From Candidatus Latescibacterota bacterium (GTDB lineage: Bacteria > Latescibacterota > UBA2968), in assembly GCA_965198115.1 (NCBI GenBank), contig OZ240241.1:1248001-1312000 (forward strand): a DNA stretch of 64,000 nucleotides, in the 5' to 3' direction. Made by a program: the position numbers and the translations under genes. The stretch's first letter is position 1. Each line of letters opens with the position of its first letter. Of the stretch, positions 41,390-51,282 are shown piece after piece. The notes under the pieces were generated by a model. It was not told the origin of the DNA and made no database searches. It was given only the letters and a program-made list of their open reading frames with translations.

Positions 41390-42448
41390 TCATCCTTGTT
41401 CTCCCACCAATTCCGTCGCCGTCTTCTTCCCTGAAAGGTAGTAGGCCCACACGACCGATCCAGAATACATCGCTTTCTCAACCACTCGATCGCTCACCCC
41501 CCGCGCCTTCTGGGATTCCCTTCGTCTTCTGAGCACGTGGATCGGATGCGTTGCGACCCACAATACGCCGGCCCAGGCGGCAGCTGCGCGCTTCCAATCG
41601 CCTTTGAGAAGGGCGGCCCCGGTCACAAGCTCGATCAAGAGTCGGATCGGCAACCGTTTCAGGAGGGATCCGAGCGAAGCGTTCTTGATCAGCATCACCA
41701 GACTGTTCCTGTGTTTCAGATAAAGTCGCTGAAACGATTCGGCAGTCAGACTGAACCCACCCCAGTGGTAAACGATCGACGTCGGCACGGACACGATCCG
41801 GAAGCCTGCCAGATGAAGGCGCCAGCACAGGTCGATCTCTTCCATATGCATATAGAACGCTTCATCGAGATGGCCGGTCACTTCCAGAGCTTCCATCCGG
41901 ACGAACATCGCGCCTCCGAGTGCCCAGAAGATGTCTCGTTGGCGATCGTATTGTCCCTCATCTTCCTCCACTGTATCGAACATCCGACCTAAACAGAACG
42001 GGTAGGCATAGACATCGATCAGTCCGCCAGCCGCTCCCTCCGAGTCGAGCCGATGCTTCTCACGCATCGATCGAACCTTCGGCTGCGCTGCGCCGATCTC
42101 GGGATCCGAATCAGCCGCTACGACTAGGGCCTCGAGCCAGCCTTCGGTCACCTCGACGTCATTGTTCAATAGCATCGCATAACGACCCCGGGCCACCTCG
42201 AGACCTCGATTGCAGCCGGAGGCAAGTCCCTTTGTTGGGAGACCGTTTCCGCCCCCTGTTTTGACGACACGAATATCGGGCCACCGTTCGAGTGCTCGAC
42301 CGATGCTGCCGTCATCGTGCGGTTGATCGTCTGCCACGATCACCTCGAACGACGGGCCATCCGTGTTCTCGTAGATCGACGCGAGACAGTCGCCCAGGAT
42401 ATCCCCGAGGTAGTGAGGAATGATGATGGAGACGTCGATGTCGGACAA
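41390..42448 (-). CDS. family 2 glycosyltransferase
   Basis: VSIIIP, LLNND, FYMHMEEIDLCWR, VYHWGG. Confidence 0.9.
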   Translation of the reverse strand: MSDIDVSIIIPHYLGDILGDCLASIYENTDGPSFEVIVADDQPHDDGSIGRALERWPDIRVVKTGGGNGLPTKGLASGCNRGLEVARGRYAMLLNNDVEVTEGWLEALVVAADSDPEIGAAQPKVRSMREKHRLDSEGAAGGLIDVYAYPFCLGRMFDTVEEDEGQYDRQRDIFWALGGAMFVRMEALEVTGHLDEAFYMHMEEIDLCWRLHLAGFRIVSVPTSIVYHWGGFSLTAESFQRLYLKHRNSLVMLIKNASLGSLLKRLPIRLLIELVTGAALLKGDWKRAAAAWAGVLWVATHPIHVLRRRRESQKARGVSDRVVEKAMYSGSVVWAYYLSGKKTATELVGEQG

Positions 42449-42456
42449 AGAAGCCT

Positions 42457-42484
42457 ACCACGAAAGACACGAAACACAACGAAA
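42457..42484. repeat. 9-10-nt tandem micro-repeat
   Basis: ACCACGAAAGACACGAAACACAACGAAA. Confidence 0.6.
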
Positions 42485-42907
42485 GGAGGACGCAGGACTA
42501 CCGACCCCTGTCACCGGATAGACTACAATAGGAAAGAACGACTACGGAGGAGAAGGGCGAGAACAGTTACCATGACAAGGACATTGCGTTCATTCTAACG
42601 ACTTGATCGACGCTATAGCGGAGAGAGGACTATGGTCAGCCGAAATCCCAGTAGGGGAACGGATCCGGCGTGGTTCCTGACAAAAGTGGCCCCGGGGCCA
42701 CTTTTTCGGTCCGCAAGATTAACTACTGTAAATATTCGTGTTATTCGATGGAGCTTGTCGAGAAATTGGAAAGAGAAACGGGCGGCCCGAGACCGCACAG
42801 GATCCTCTAAGAGCCATCTACCTCGTCTTCGTATGATCTGGGCACGACCTTACAGCAGCTCGCAAGGACCGACACTTCCACTCCCGCTCGGTGTGACGGT
42901 TCAGTAG

Positions 42908-44032
42908 TCAGTCTCCCGAAATCCGATACTTCTCCAATGCTTCCCGATCCAACTCGCACCCCAACCCCGGAGCCATCGGCACAACCGCGCTCCCACTATC
43001 AAACTGAATCCCCTCGACGATCAGATCGTCTTCACGCGTCCAACTCCCGACGAAGTCGCTCGGCATCACACAATTCCTTGGGACGCTCGCGGCGTGGAGA
43101 TAGGACATCTCCATAATGCCCAGATCGTTTCCGGACCCGTGCCAGATCGGAATGCCGGCAGCATCGGCAATGGCGGCGTTCTTCACGAAATTCCACATAC
43201 TTCCGCCCAGGTTGAGGATGTCCACCGCTTCCACCTTGATGGCATTGATGATGTCGTGGGGACTCCCGAGGTGGAGTGCGATGGGGATCGTCGTGGCGGC
43301 ACGGAGCTGGCAATACCAATCCAGGTTCCACTTTGCCATCGGGTCCTCGAGCACACCGACGTTGCCCACTTCCTCGAACTGTTTCGCCAGCGCGATCGCC
43401 TCGGACGGCCGATAGAACCGTTGATTCGGGTCGACCGTACACTTGAAGGACATATCGGTCGCGTTCAGGATCGCCCGGACGCGTTCGATCATTGGCTCGT
43501 CGGATGTGCATTTCATCTTCACACCGTGAAATCCACGGTCGTAGCCGAGTTTCGCATTGGTCGCCGAATCCTCCGGTGTCTGGTGGCCGATCCAGTAGTC
43601 GGCCGCCACCCGATCTCGATAGGCGCCACCCAGCAGCGCGTGGACCGGTACCCCGTGAACCTTTCCGACGATGTCAAACACGGCCATTTCGAAGGCATCG
43701 TAGCCAGCCCCGCCAGCACCCCATCCGCTCAGGCCCTCCCAGTCCCGCGTTCCCGATGCGTCACCTCGATGATGCGCAGCGTCGACAAAGACATTCTGGA
43801 GACTCAGATTCAAAGGGTCGCGACCTTCGAGTCGTTGGAATCCCTCGTGTACGGCGTCGATCGATGTCCCGCGACCCGTTTCACCCAGACCGAAAACGCC
43901 TTCGTCCGTGTGCAAGCGAATGATGTGCTTGGATACGCGGTCCCAACCGGCCGGGCCGAAGACTTCGCTATGCACGCGGCCGGGGATGGTGGGGACAACG
44001 ACCGTCCAGATGTCGATGGTGATGATTTTCAT
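42908..44032 (-). CDS. mandelate racemase / muconate lactonizing enzyme family (enolase superfamily)
   Basis: GLGE, FDIVGK...LLGG, KMK, VDPNQ, LEDP, PGLGCELD. Confidence 0.9.
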   Translation of the reverse strand: MKIITIDIWTVVVPTIPGRVHSEVFGPAGWDRVSKHIIRLHTDEGVFGLGETGRGTSIDAVHEGFQRLEGRDPLNLSLQNVFVDAAHHRGDASGTRDWEGLSGWGAGGAGYDAFEMAVFDIVGKVHGVPVHALLGGAYRDRVAADYWIGHQTPEDSATNAKLGYDRGFHGVKMKCTSDEPMIERVRAILNATDMSFKCTVDPNQRFYRPSEAIALAKQFEEVGNVGVLEDPMAKWNLDWYCQLRAATTIPIALHLGSPHDIINAIKVEAVDILNLGGSMWNFVKNAAIADAAGIPIWHGSGNDLGIMEMSYLHAASVPRNCVMPSDFVGSWTREDDLIVEGIQFDSGSAVVPMAPGLGCELDREALEKYRISGD

Positions 44033-44102
44033 AGTCGATCTCTACGACATTCGTGATTGTGCGCCGAGGGACTGTTGGTTCGGCGAATTCTTCTCCTTAG
44101 CG

Positions 44103-44222
44103 CGGCGCTTTCGCTGCTCCCTTCTCGATACCCGGGGCTGGCGCCCCGGGCTAAGATATCCCGCCCTTTCAGGGCGGAAACCTTGGCAGCCACGCAAATC
44201 CCGGCCGGAGGCCGGTCCTACC
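44103..44222. repeat. REP-like palindrome cluster
   Basis: CCCGGGGCTGGCGCCCCGGG (44131-44150), CCGCCCTTTCAGGGCGG (44161-44177), and minus-strand GGTAGGACCGGCCTCCGGCCGG (44201-44222). Confidence 0.7.
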
Positions 44223-44272
44223 TTAGCACACCCGACAAAACCATAACCACGCCTGCTCGCCAGTTCGCATGC

Positions 44273-45211
44273 TCAGGGCGTCCACGTTTTCATCAGCTCG
44301 GCGTATTCCTTTGCCTGTTGCGCAATGTTGACACCGACCTCCTCCGACCACGCGTTCAGGACTCGCGTGTAGATCGGGCCCGGTTTGCCATCGCCTATGG
44401 TTCGGAAATCGAAACACGTAATCGGGATCATCGCGAAGGGTGTGCTCGTCGCCCACATTTCATCCGCTGTGCGCGCATCGTACGGTTCGATATCCACTTC
44501 ACGAACGGGTATCCCCAACTCGCCAGCGAAGTCCATACAGGCCTGGCGTGACACTCCCCGAAGAATATCGTGTGGTTTCGGCGTGAGAATCTCTCCGTCC
44601 TTCGCGATGAAGACGTTGCTACCGGTCCCCTCGGCGAGAAATCCGCGCTCATCCGTCATCACTGCCATCGCACCGTCTTCCAACCGCGTGGCGTGCAAAC
44701 TGGCCAACTGATAGTGCAATCGACTGCGATTCTTGGCCTTCGGGTCGATGTAACGGGCCGGGACCGTTGGTTGGGGCGTGACGACGAAATGGCCACCCTT
44801 CTCATATGTCTCCGCCAGCCCACCGACATGCCTGACCAGCGGCAACATATTGATCGACACGATCGGATCGGTTCCCTCTTTGACGAGCGTATTGTAGAGC
44901 CCGCCGGAGCCCCTTGTCACGTCGTGCATAATCTGGAAATCGAGCCCTTCCAACTCGGGCAGGTTTCGATCCACTGCCTCGTAGGTTGCCGCTTCCATCT
45001 CGTCGATCGTCAACCCGCAATCGATTTCCACGTAGTCGAGCGATGCGTAGAGACGCTCGAGGTGTTCGCGCAAACGGAACGTCTTTTGCCCGAACGAACG
45101 TGTCATTTCGAACACCATATCCCCGAACATCAGGGATGAGTCGAAGATGGATATGCGCGCTTCTATTTCCGGGATGAAGTCTCCGTTCCAGTAGACAACG
45201 CGGTTTGGCAT
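44273..45211 (-). CDS. class IV PLP aminotransferase (branched-chain/D-amino acid family)
   Basis: ISIFDSSLMFGDMVFE, HLERL, KNRSR, AEGTGSNVF, ILRGVSR. Confidence 0.9.
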   Translation of the reverse strand: MPNRVVYWNGDFIPEIEARISIFDSSLMFGDMVFEMTRSFGQKTFRLREHLERLYASLDYVEIDCGLTIDEMEAATYEAVDRNLPELEGLDFQIMHDVTRGSGGLYNTLVKEGTDPIVSINMLPLVRHVGGLAETYEKGGHFVVTPQPTVPARYIDPKAKNRSRLHYQLASLHATRLEDGAMAVMTDERGFLAEGTGSNVFIAKDGEILTPKPHDILRGVSRQACMDFAGELGIPVREVDIEPYDARTADEMWATSTPFAMIPITCFDFRTIGDGKPGPIYTRVLNAWSEEVGVNIAQQAKEYAELMKTWTP

Positions 45212-45261
45212 TGGGTCCTCCCAATGGGTGATCAATCGGGTGTGGCACCGAAAAACAAGGG

Positions 45262-45568
45262 AACCACAGATGAACACAGATACACACAGATGTGAGTGTC
45301 CCGGGGATCGAGGCTCTATTCGGGAATATAGTTCGGTGCTTACGGGCTACTGTGTACGCAACATCGATGACATCCCCGCGGGCGCAGAATATGCGTCCTC
45401 CAATTACGTGGGTCCGAACACGAGCGGATCGCGATCCGCCCTACGCACCCGGGATTACTGTTTGGTCTTCGTCTACCGTCCACTGTCAACCGTTCTACCT
45501 GCTTGTTCGCAGCCAGGAGGTACATCCTGAGCCCCTCGACTTCGCTCGGGATAAACTCCGTCGAAGGG
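45262..45568. repeat. mosaic of small intergenic repeats
   Basis: CACAGAT decamer x3 (45262-45291), GTAG-REP GTAGGGCGGATCGCGATCCGC (45424-45444, minus), and a CCTGAGC...GTCGAAGGG element (45523-45568). Confidence 0.65.
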
Positions 45569-45584
45569 CTGCTCCTACCCGAAA

Positions 45585-47042
45585 TCAGATCGTCTGAACA
45601 TCGGGTTCGCGCATCGTTTCGATCCCGGGATGGACGTCTGCCTCGATAACACGCATCGATTTCCACTTTCCGCCTCTGAACCGCAGGTAGAAGCAGATGG
45701 CCAGGATGACGAGGTAGGCCGTCGCAAAACACCACGCTGGATAAAGTCCCATTCCATACATCGTGACGCCTACCCATACGGGAATGACCATCACGCTGAT
45801 GGACACTGCAAGGGTCACCCACATCACAAAGCGCGTATCTCCCGCTCCTTTGACGGCCGCTGAGAAAATGATATAGAGCCCGTCGAGCAAGGAATAGGCA
45901 GCCACGAAGCGCAGCAAGACCACAGTGTACGCTCGGATGGGTTCGAACAACTCTGGATCCGCCTTGACCTCGTAGGCTGCCAAAAACAGGCCCGGAGTCA
46001 GCACATAGGACGCTGCGATCAGGCCCATATAAACAAGACTGACGTGGACGGCCGACCACGTCGCTCGTTCGGCGGTCTTGGGGTCATCCTTCCCGAGATA
46101 CTGACCCACCAGAGTCGATACGGCGACACCCAGGCCTACCATCGGTAGGAACGCAAGCGTGTTGATGTTGAAGGCCACATTCGTCGCCGCCAGCTCAACC
46201 GTTCCCAGCCGACCAACGACCAGAATGAACAGAGTAAAACCACCGATCTCGACAAAAAACTGAACTCCATTGGGCGCACCATACCGAATCATCCGCCTAA
46301 AGAGCGGCCTATCCAACCGCCATCCGCTCAACGTACTGTAGGCTTCGCGATGAGGCTTCCGAAGGAACAACACCACGAACACCAGGGCTCCGACGCAGTG
46401 AGCAAGGACGGTGGCCCAGGCGGCACCCTCGATCCCCATCTCCGGAATGCCGTATGCCCCGAAGATGAAAAAATAATCCAGAACGACGTTGACGCCGGCA
46501 GCCACGAAATTCCCCCACATCACAGTTTTCGTGTCGCCGCGACCGCTGAAGAACGACGATACGGCCGGCATCACCAGACCCGGACCCCAACCGATCATCA
46601 GGATCTGAAAGTAGATCACTTCGTGAGTCTGAACGACAGGTTCGTGGCCGACCGTCTCGAAGATCCAGGGCGCCAGCGGAATCGGTACAAGCAACAGGAG
46701 ACCAGCGAGTATCGAAAAATGGATCCCTTGCCAGACAGAAGCTCCCACACGCCCGGGTCGATTCGCGCCCGTGTACTGTGCGACGAACGTGTTCACGTAG
46801 CCGGCCATCCCCAGAAAAAAAGTCCCGAGCGTGAAGCTCAGGATGCCGGCAGGGAGCGCGGCCGCGAGTGCGTCGCGATCGTACCACGTCAGGAACACCC
46901 GGTCGATGAAGTGCATCAGGCTCCACGATCCAAAGCTCAGAATCATTGGAAGCGCGAGGTTGAGCACTTCTCGATAGCCGCCTGGACCGTCCCATCGTGA
47001 CTGGGATTCCTCTTCTTCTTGCACCGACCCTCCCTGTTTCAT
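45585..47042 (-). CDS. MATE-family efflux transporter
   Basis: LALPMI, FIDRVF, FFSGRGDTKT, GIEGAAWAT, GQYLG, GAGDT. Confidence 0.95.
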   Translation of the reverse strand: MKQGGSVQEEEESQSRWDGPGGYREVLNLALPMILSFGSWSLMHFIDRVFLTWYDRDALAAALPAGILSFTLGTFFLGMAGYVNTFVAQYTGANRPGRVGASVWQGIHFSILAGLLLLVPIPLAPWIFETVGHEPVVQTHEVIYFQILMIGWGPGLVMPAVSSFFSGRGDTKTVMWGNFVAAGVNVVLDYFFIFGAYGIPEMGIEGAAWATVLAHCVGALVFVVLFLRKPHREAYSTLSGWRLDRPLFRRMIRYGAPNGVQFFVEIGGFTLFILVVGRLGTVELAATNVAFNINTLAFLPMVGLGVAVSTLVGQYLGKDDPKTAERATWSAVHVSLVYMGLIAASYVLTPGLFLAAYEVKADPELFEPIRAYTVVLLRFVAAYSLLDGLYIIFSAAVKGAGDTRFVMWVTLAVSISVMVIPVWVGVTMYGMGLYPAWCFATAYLVILAICFYLRFRGGKWKSMRVIEADVHPGIETMREPDVQTI

Positions 47043-47092
47043 TACATCACAGAGCGCCGTGGTATCTGGTTGCCAAGTTTCTTTCCCAGTAC

Positions 47093-47261
47093 CGGCGCTT
47101 GTTGCCTCCCCTCGCGAGAACCGGGGGCTGGCGCCCCCGGCTATTTTCGGACGCCCCTACGGGGCTCACACCTCCATCCATCTTCGTTCTCCACAACCTC
47201 TGCGTTGAAAGCCCTTCTTCGTATCTTGGTGTCGGAGCCTGTCCTGAGCGTAGGCGAAGGG
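47093..47261. repeat. REP-like palindrome cluster (second copy of the 44.1-kb element plus a CCTGAGC/CGAAGGG element)
   Basis: CCGGGGGCTGGCGCCCCCGGCTA-N9-GCCCCTACGGGGC (47121-47165) and GCCTGTCCTGAGCGTAGGCGAAGGG (47237-47261). Confidence 0.7.
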
Positions 47262-47265
47262 TGGT

Positions 47266-48354
47266 TCAGCCTTTCGGTTCGAGCCGATGTTTGATGCCCA
47301 ATTCTTCCGCGATGTCGTTGAGATTCTTTACGTGACCCTCGTGCATCGGGATACCGCTTTCGATCCAGGCTTCTTTCTTCAGCCATTCGATCTCACCTGG
47401 GAGGTAAACGCGATCGTGGCCTTCCCGGGGTTTTGCAACTCGCACCGTCTTCCACAGTTGATCGATTTCGGCCTTGAACCTGTCGAGATCCTGGAACTGC
47501 TTGATGTCGATGGCCTGGAAGAAGTGGCTCCCCTGCTGCTGGCCGGAAAAGTCATCACCCCACCGATGCGGCGTGGCGATCCCGCAAGGCAGGACTGAAG
47601 CGAGAATGTCATTCATAATGGCCAGACCGGATCCCTTGACGGTGCCAAACGGCAGTAGGATGGCCGCTTCGTTCGGGTCGTCGGTCGGCTTGCCCTCTTT
47701 ATCGAGCACCCAGTCCATCGTGAGTTTCTTCCCGTAGAGCCGCATCGTCCCGATTCGCCCCCACGCGCTGACGCCGCTGGCCATATCGAGGACAAGAGGA
47801 CGCTCTTTCCCAGCTGGGACCGCATAAGCCACGGGATTGTTTCCGAGCATCCGCTCCGCCCCGCCCCAGGGAGCCAGGCCGGGTGAGCTGCTGGAGATCG
47901 CGATGCCGATCATATCCTCTTTCGCGGCCTGCATCGCGTAATTGAAGGCGGCCCCGAAGTGACGGCTCTGAACGACCGTCCCTATCGCAACGCCCGTCGT
48001 TTTCGCCTTCTCGATTGCCATTTCCATCGCCAGCGTGCTGCCCAGGTGTCCCATCCCGCGATCGTTGTCGACAATCGCGAACGCCCCGCCTTCCTTGGTC
48101 ACAGTGATCTCCGGGACTGGATTCGTGTGCCCGTCCATCATCCGTCGCACGTAACCGGGGGCAACGCGCGTCCCGTGCGAAGAGACACCTCGCACATCGG
48201 TCTCGACCTGCAGGTCCGCCATCAGCTGGGCGTGTTCTTCGGAAACCTTCGCCGATCGATAGACCGCCTTGACGTGCGCGTGCAGATCCGCGTGACCGAC
48301 GAGCACTTCTTGATCTCGGGGTTCCGTCCATACGGCGGGATCCAACTCTGCCAT
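47266..48354 (-). CDS. Ldh_2 family oxidoreductase (malate/L-lactate/sulfolactate dehydrogenase-like)
   Basis: RGVSSHG, HFGAA, LGNNP, LDMAS, KGSGL, YLPGE. Confidence 0.92.
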   Translation of the reverse strand: MAELDPAVWTEPRDQEVLVGHADLHAHVKAVYRSAKVSEEHAQLMADLQVETDVRGVSSHGTRVAPGYVRRMMDGHTNPVPEITVTKEGGAFAIVDNDRGMGHLGSTLAMEMAIEKAKTTGVAIGTVVQSRHFGAAFNYAMQAAKEDMIGIAISSSSPGLAPWGGAERMLGNNPVAYAVPAGKERPLVLDMASGVSAWGRIGTMRLYGKKLTMDWVLDKEGKPTDDPNEAAILLPFGTVKGSGLAIMNDILASVLPCGIATPHRWGDDFSGQQQGSHFFQAIDIKQFQDLDRFKAEIDQLWKTVRVAKPREGHDRVYLPGEIEWLKKEAWIESGIPMHEGHVKNLNDIAEELGIKHRLEPKG

Positions 48355-48495
48355 TCCAACCTCCTGCGTGGTTTGCTAAACGGTACTGGGCTGGGTATGT
48401 TCTGTCGCTCAAAACCTGAACTCGAAGGCGCGAAGACGCGAAGGAAGGATGATTCCGGCGCCTTTCACACCACAGTACTCAGGACCAAGAAGACG

Positions 48496-49869
48496 ATGGA
48501 TTACGATGTCATTGTCATAGGCGGCGGCAGTGCTGGTTATGCAGCAGCACGAACCGCCACGGAACTCGGGGCAAAAGTCGCCATCGTCGACAAGGGTCCG
48601 CTCGGCGGTCTGTGCATCCTTCGCGGGTGTATGCCCTCGAAAACGTTGCTGCGGACGTCGGACGTGATGTCCCTGATGAGACGCGCGAAGGAGTTCGGTC
48701 TCCGTGCCCAGAAGCTGGGCGTGAATATGGCGGCAATCAACGATCGCAAACGTGCTCTGATCAAGGAATTCGCCGACTACCGTGCCAGTCAGCTAAAGCA
48801 GCCTCAATACAACCTCATTCGGGGCAAAGCGCAATTCCTCGATGCTCACACGGTCAAAGTGGGACGGCGAACCTACTCTGCGAGGGCCTTCATCATCACG
48901 ACTGGGTCGGACAACGCAAAGACTCCGATCCCAGGGCTGGAGGAAGCCGGCTACATCACGAGCGACGAAGCGCTCGATTCACGAACCTTGCCCAAATCGA
49001 TGATCGTCCTCGGGGGCGGGCCCGTCGCTACGGAGCTTGGGCAGTTCTACTGTCGCCTCGGAACGAAAACAACGATGATCCAGCGGAGCCATCACATCCT
49101 CAGCGCAGGAGACGAGGATCTGGCGAGGCCCCTCGAAGACAGTCTTCGGCACGACGGAATGAAGGTCTTCACTGGAACCCGGATCACAAACGTGAGCAAA
49201 AAGAACGGGAGAACGACCGTCTCCTTCGAGCACGAAGGCCAGAATCGAAGAGCGACGGCCGACGTCCTGTTCAACGGTCTTGGACGAGCACCCGCCATCG
49301 AGGGCCTCGACATAGAGAAGGCGGGCGTGGAGCTCGAGGGGCGTCGCGTTCGAGTCGACGAGACGATGGTCACCAGCGCCCCACACATCTTCGCGGCGGG
49401 CGATGTCGTGGGAATGCACGAGATCGTCCACATCGCCATTCAGCAGGGCGAGGTGGCCGGCCACAACGCTGTTTCTCCAGACAGGAAACGCGTGGACTAC
49501 CGACTAAAGGCGGAGGTGACGTTCACCGATCCAGCCGTCGCATCGGTCGGCCGAAGCGAGAAGGAATGCCACACCGATGGCTGTCCCTATCTCGTCGCAA
49601 CTTACCCATTCGACGACCACGGCAAGTCTATGGTGATGGGTGAAACCCGAGGCTTCGTCAAGATTCTCTGTGATCCGATGTCGGGCGAGATCGTTGGAGG
49701 ACACATCGTCGGCCCAGAGGCGGGAGAGCTGATCCACGAACTGATCGCGTTCATGTACTTCAAAGGCACCGTGATGGACCTTGCCCAGATGCCGCACTAC
49801 CATCCGACCCTGTCAGAGATCTTGACCTATCCGGCAGAGGAACTCGCCGAGCAGATGGAAACGGGATAG
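48496..49869 (+). CDS. pyridine nucleotide-disulfide oxidoreductase (dihydrolipoyl dehydrogenase-like)
   Basis: IGGGSAG, GGLCILRGCMPSK, IFAAGD, HYHPTLSE. No MerA C-terminal Cys-Cys. Confidence 0.92.
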   Translation: MDYDVIVIGGGSAGYAAARTATELGAKVAIVDKGPLGGLCILRGCMPSKTLLRTSDVMSLMRRAKEFGLRAQKLGVNMAAINDRKRALIKEFADYRASQLKQPQYNLIRGKAQFLDAHTVKVGRRTYSARAFIITTGSDNAKTPIPGLEEAGYITSDEALDSRTLPKSMIVLGGGPVATELGQFYCRLGTKTTMIQRSHHILSAGDEDLARPLEDSLRHDGMKVFTGTRITNVSKKNGRTTVSFEHEGQNRRATADVLFNGLGRAPAIEGLDIEKAGVELEGRRVRVDETMVTSAPHIFAAGDVVGMHEIVHIAIQQGEVAGHNAVSPDRKRVDYRLKAEVTFTDPAVASVGRSEKECHTDGCPYLVATYPFDDHGKSMVMGETRGFVKILCDPMSGEIVGGHIVGPEAGELIHELIAFMYFKGTVMDLAQMPHYHPTLSEILTYPAEELAEQMETG

Positions 49870-49936
49870 AACCGAACGCCGAATGTCGAACCGACTCGAC
49901 ATTCGGCGTTGGTCAATTGGTGTTGGGCGTTCGGTT
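49870..49936. terminator. hairpin built of heptamer repeats between convergent genes
   Basis: AACGCCGAATGTCGA (49875-49889) pairs with TCGACATTCGGCGTT (49896-49910). Alternative outer pairing AACCGAACGCC / GGCGTTCGGTT. Confidence 0.65.
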
Positions 49937-51282
49937 CATTTCACGGCGGTGAGTTTCCCTGCGATGTAGATGGCAACTGGCACGAAAGCCAGGGCCACGA
50001 TGAACATATTCTGATACGAGATGAGTGCGACGAGGGCGCCGGCGAAGATGGGCAGCACGCCCTGGGGCAAAACGAACGCATTCATGAAGTTGGTGTAGGT
50101 CGGACGCCGATCCTCGGGCGCAATGTCGAGGATGTAAGTCATGCGGCCGGTGTACATCCCGCTCTGGGCGAAACCCGAGAAGACGAAGGTCAAAGCGTAG
50201 TAGGCAATACGCGCGTCAAAGGGGTAGGAAAGACCCACGAGCGCCGTCGGATCCACGGCCATCCGTGGCACCCACGCTACGGTAAGGGGAACGAGGATCG
50301 ATACGCCGAGGAAGTAAGTGCCCACCGCCAGGAGGGCGTGATTTCCCTTCTTCTGCCCGATCCACGCCCAAACGACGTTCGAAGAGATCGAGCTGAACTG
50401 GGTCACCGCCACGAAGAACCCCACGAACGTCACGTCCATCTCGAGATCCTGAATGGCGAAGGGTACATAAAAGGGCGACCCCATCATCGAGAACGCCCAC
50501 AGGAACTGGAGCACGCACAGCCTCCGGTAATTCGCATCGTCCTTGAGCAATTTCACGCCGCTCCGGAGGTGAGCACCCAGAGACAACCTCCTTTCCGCGT
50601 CCTGTTTCACCGGCTCATCAATGAGGGCGAAGACTGCAACCGAGAGTCCTGTGCCCGCGCCCGAAAGGATGAACAGGAGCCCGTAGTTGTCGGGAAACAC
50701 GAGACCGCTTCGCTCACTCAGGATGTAGCCGATGGCCACACCCGCCGCCATCGACGTTATGCTCCCGGCCAGCCTACGAAAGGCGAACATCCTCGCACGA
50801 TCGGATGCGGGAACCGCCTTCCCGATGATATCCATCCACGGCACACTGGTGATGCCCATAAAGGAGGTGGCCACGGCGTAGCAGATCATGAAAACTGGCA
50901 GTAACAGATCGGGCCGATCTGTTCCCATCCACATCGTAAACACGCCGACCAACATCCAGACAAGCGTGCGGCACGTCCCCGCGTAAGCGAAGAAACGCAT
51001 CTTCCGCGGCATCGGCTCGACGATCCTCGAAATGAACACCTGAGGCCACGCCCAGCCGATGCGAATCAGGGCGCCTGCGAGTCCGACCATCACGCTCGAT
51101 GTCGTGAGCGTCTGAACGAAGGCCGGCAACACGAGGTCGGAGCTCACGAACGTCATCGCGGAGTGCATTGTTGCGCCGTTCGCGACTAGAAACCAGAAGT
51201 TGCGTCGAAGATTCTTCGCTTCCCTCTGGTGCATCACGCGATCGTGAATGGAGGGTTGAGCAGTGGTCGCCGATTCACGCAT
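49936..51282 (-). CDS. MFS transporter (paralogue 3)
   Basis: About 12 TM helices, SSDLVLPAFV, PWMDIIGK, DIAPEDRRPTY. Confidence 0.88.
   Translation of the reverse strand: MRESATTAQPSIHDRVMHQREAKNLRRNFWFLVANGATMHSAMTFVSSDLVLPAFVQTLTTSSVMVGLAGALIRIGWAWPQVFISRIVEPMPRKMRFFAYAGTCRTLVWMLVGVFTMWMGTDRPDLLLPVFMICYAVATSFMGITSVPWMDIIGKAVPASDRARMFAFRRLAGSITSMAAGVAIGYILSERSGLVFPDNYGLLFILSGAGTGLSVAVFALIDEPVKQDAERRLSLGAHLRSGVKLLKDDANYRRLCVLQFLWAFSMMGSPFYVPFAIQDLEMDVTFVGFFVAVTQFSSISSNVVWAWIGQKKGNHALLAVGTYFLGVSILVPLTVAWVPRMAVDPTALVGLSYPFDARIAYYALTFVFSGFAQSGMYTGRMTYILDIAPEDRRPTYTNFMNAFVLPQGVLPIFAGALVALISYQNMFIVALAFVPVAIYIAGKLTAVK

Noticed and set aside
42485-42907. Small ORFs or ncRNA between the GT2 and enolase-family genes
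   Set aside because: No recognisable motifs, RBS or stable structure.
48496-49869. Mercuric reductase MerA
   Set aside because: There is no C-terminal Cys-Cys pair and no mer genes, and the HxHPT motif is Lpd-like.
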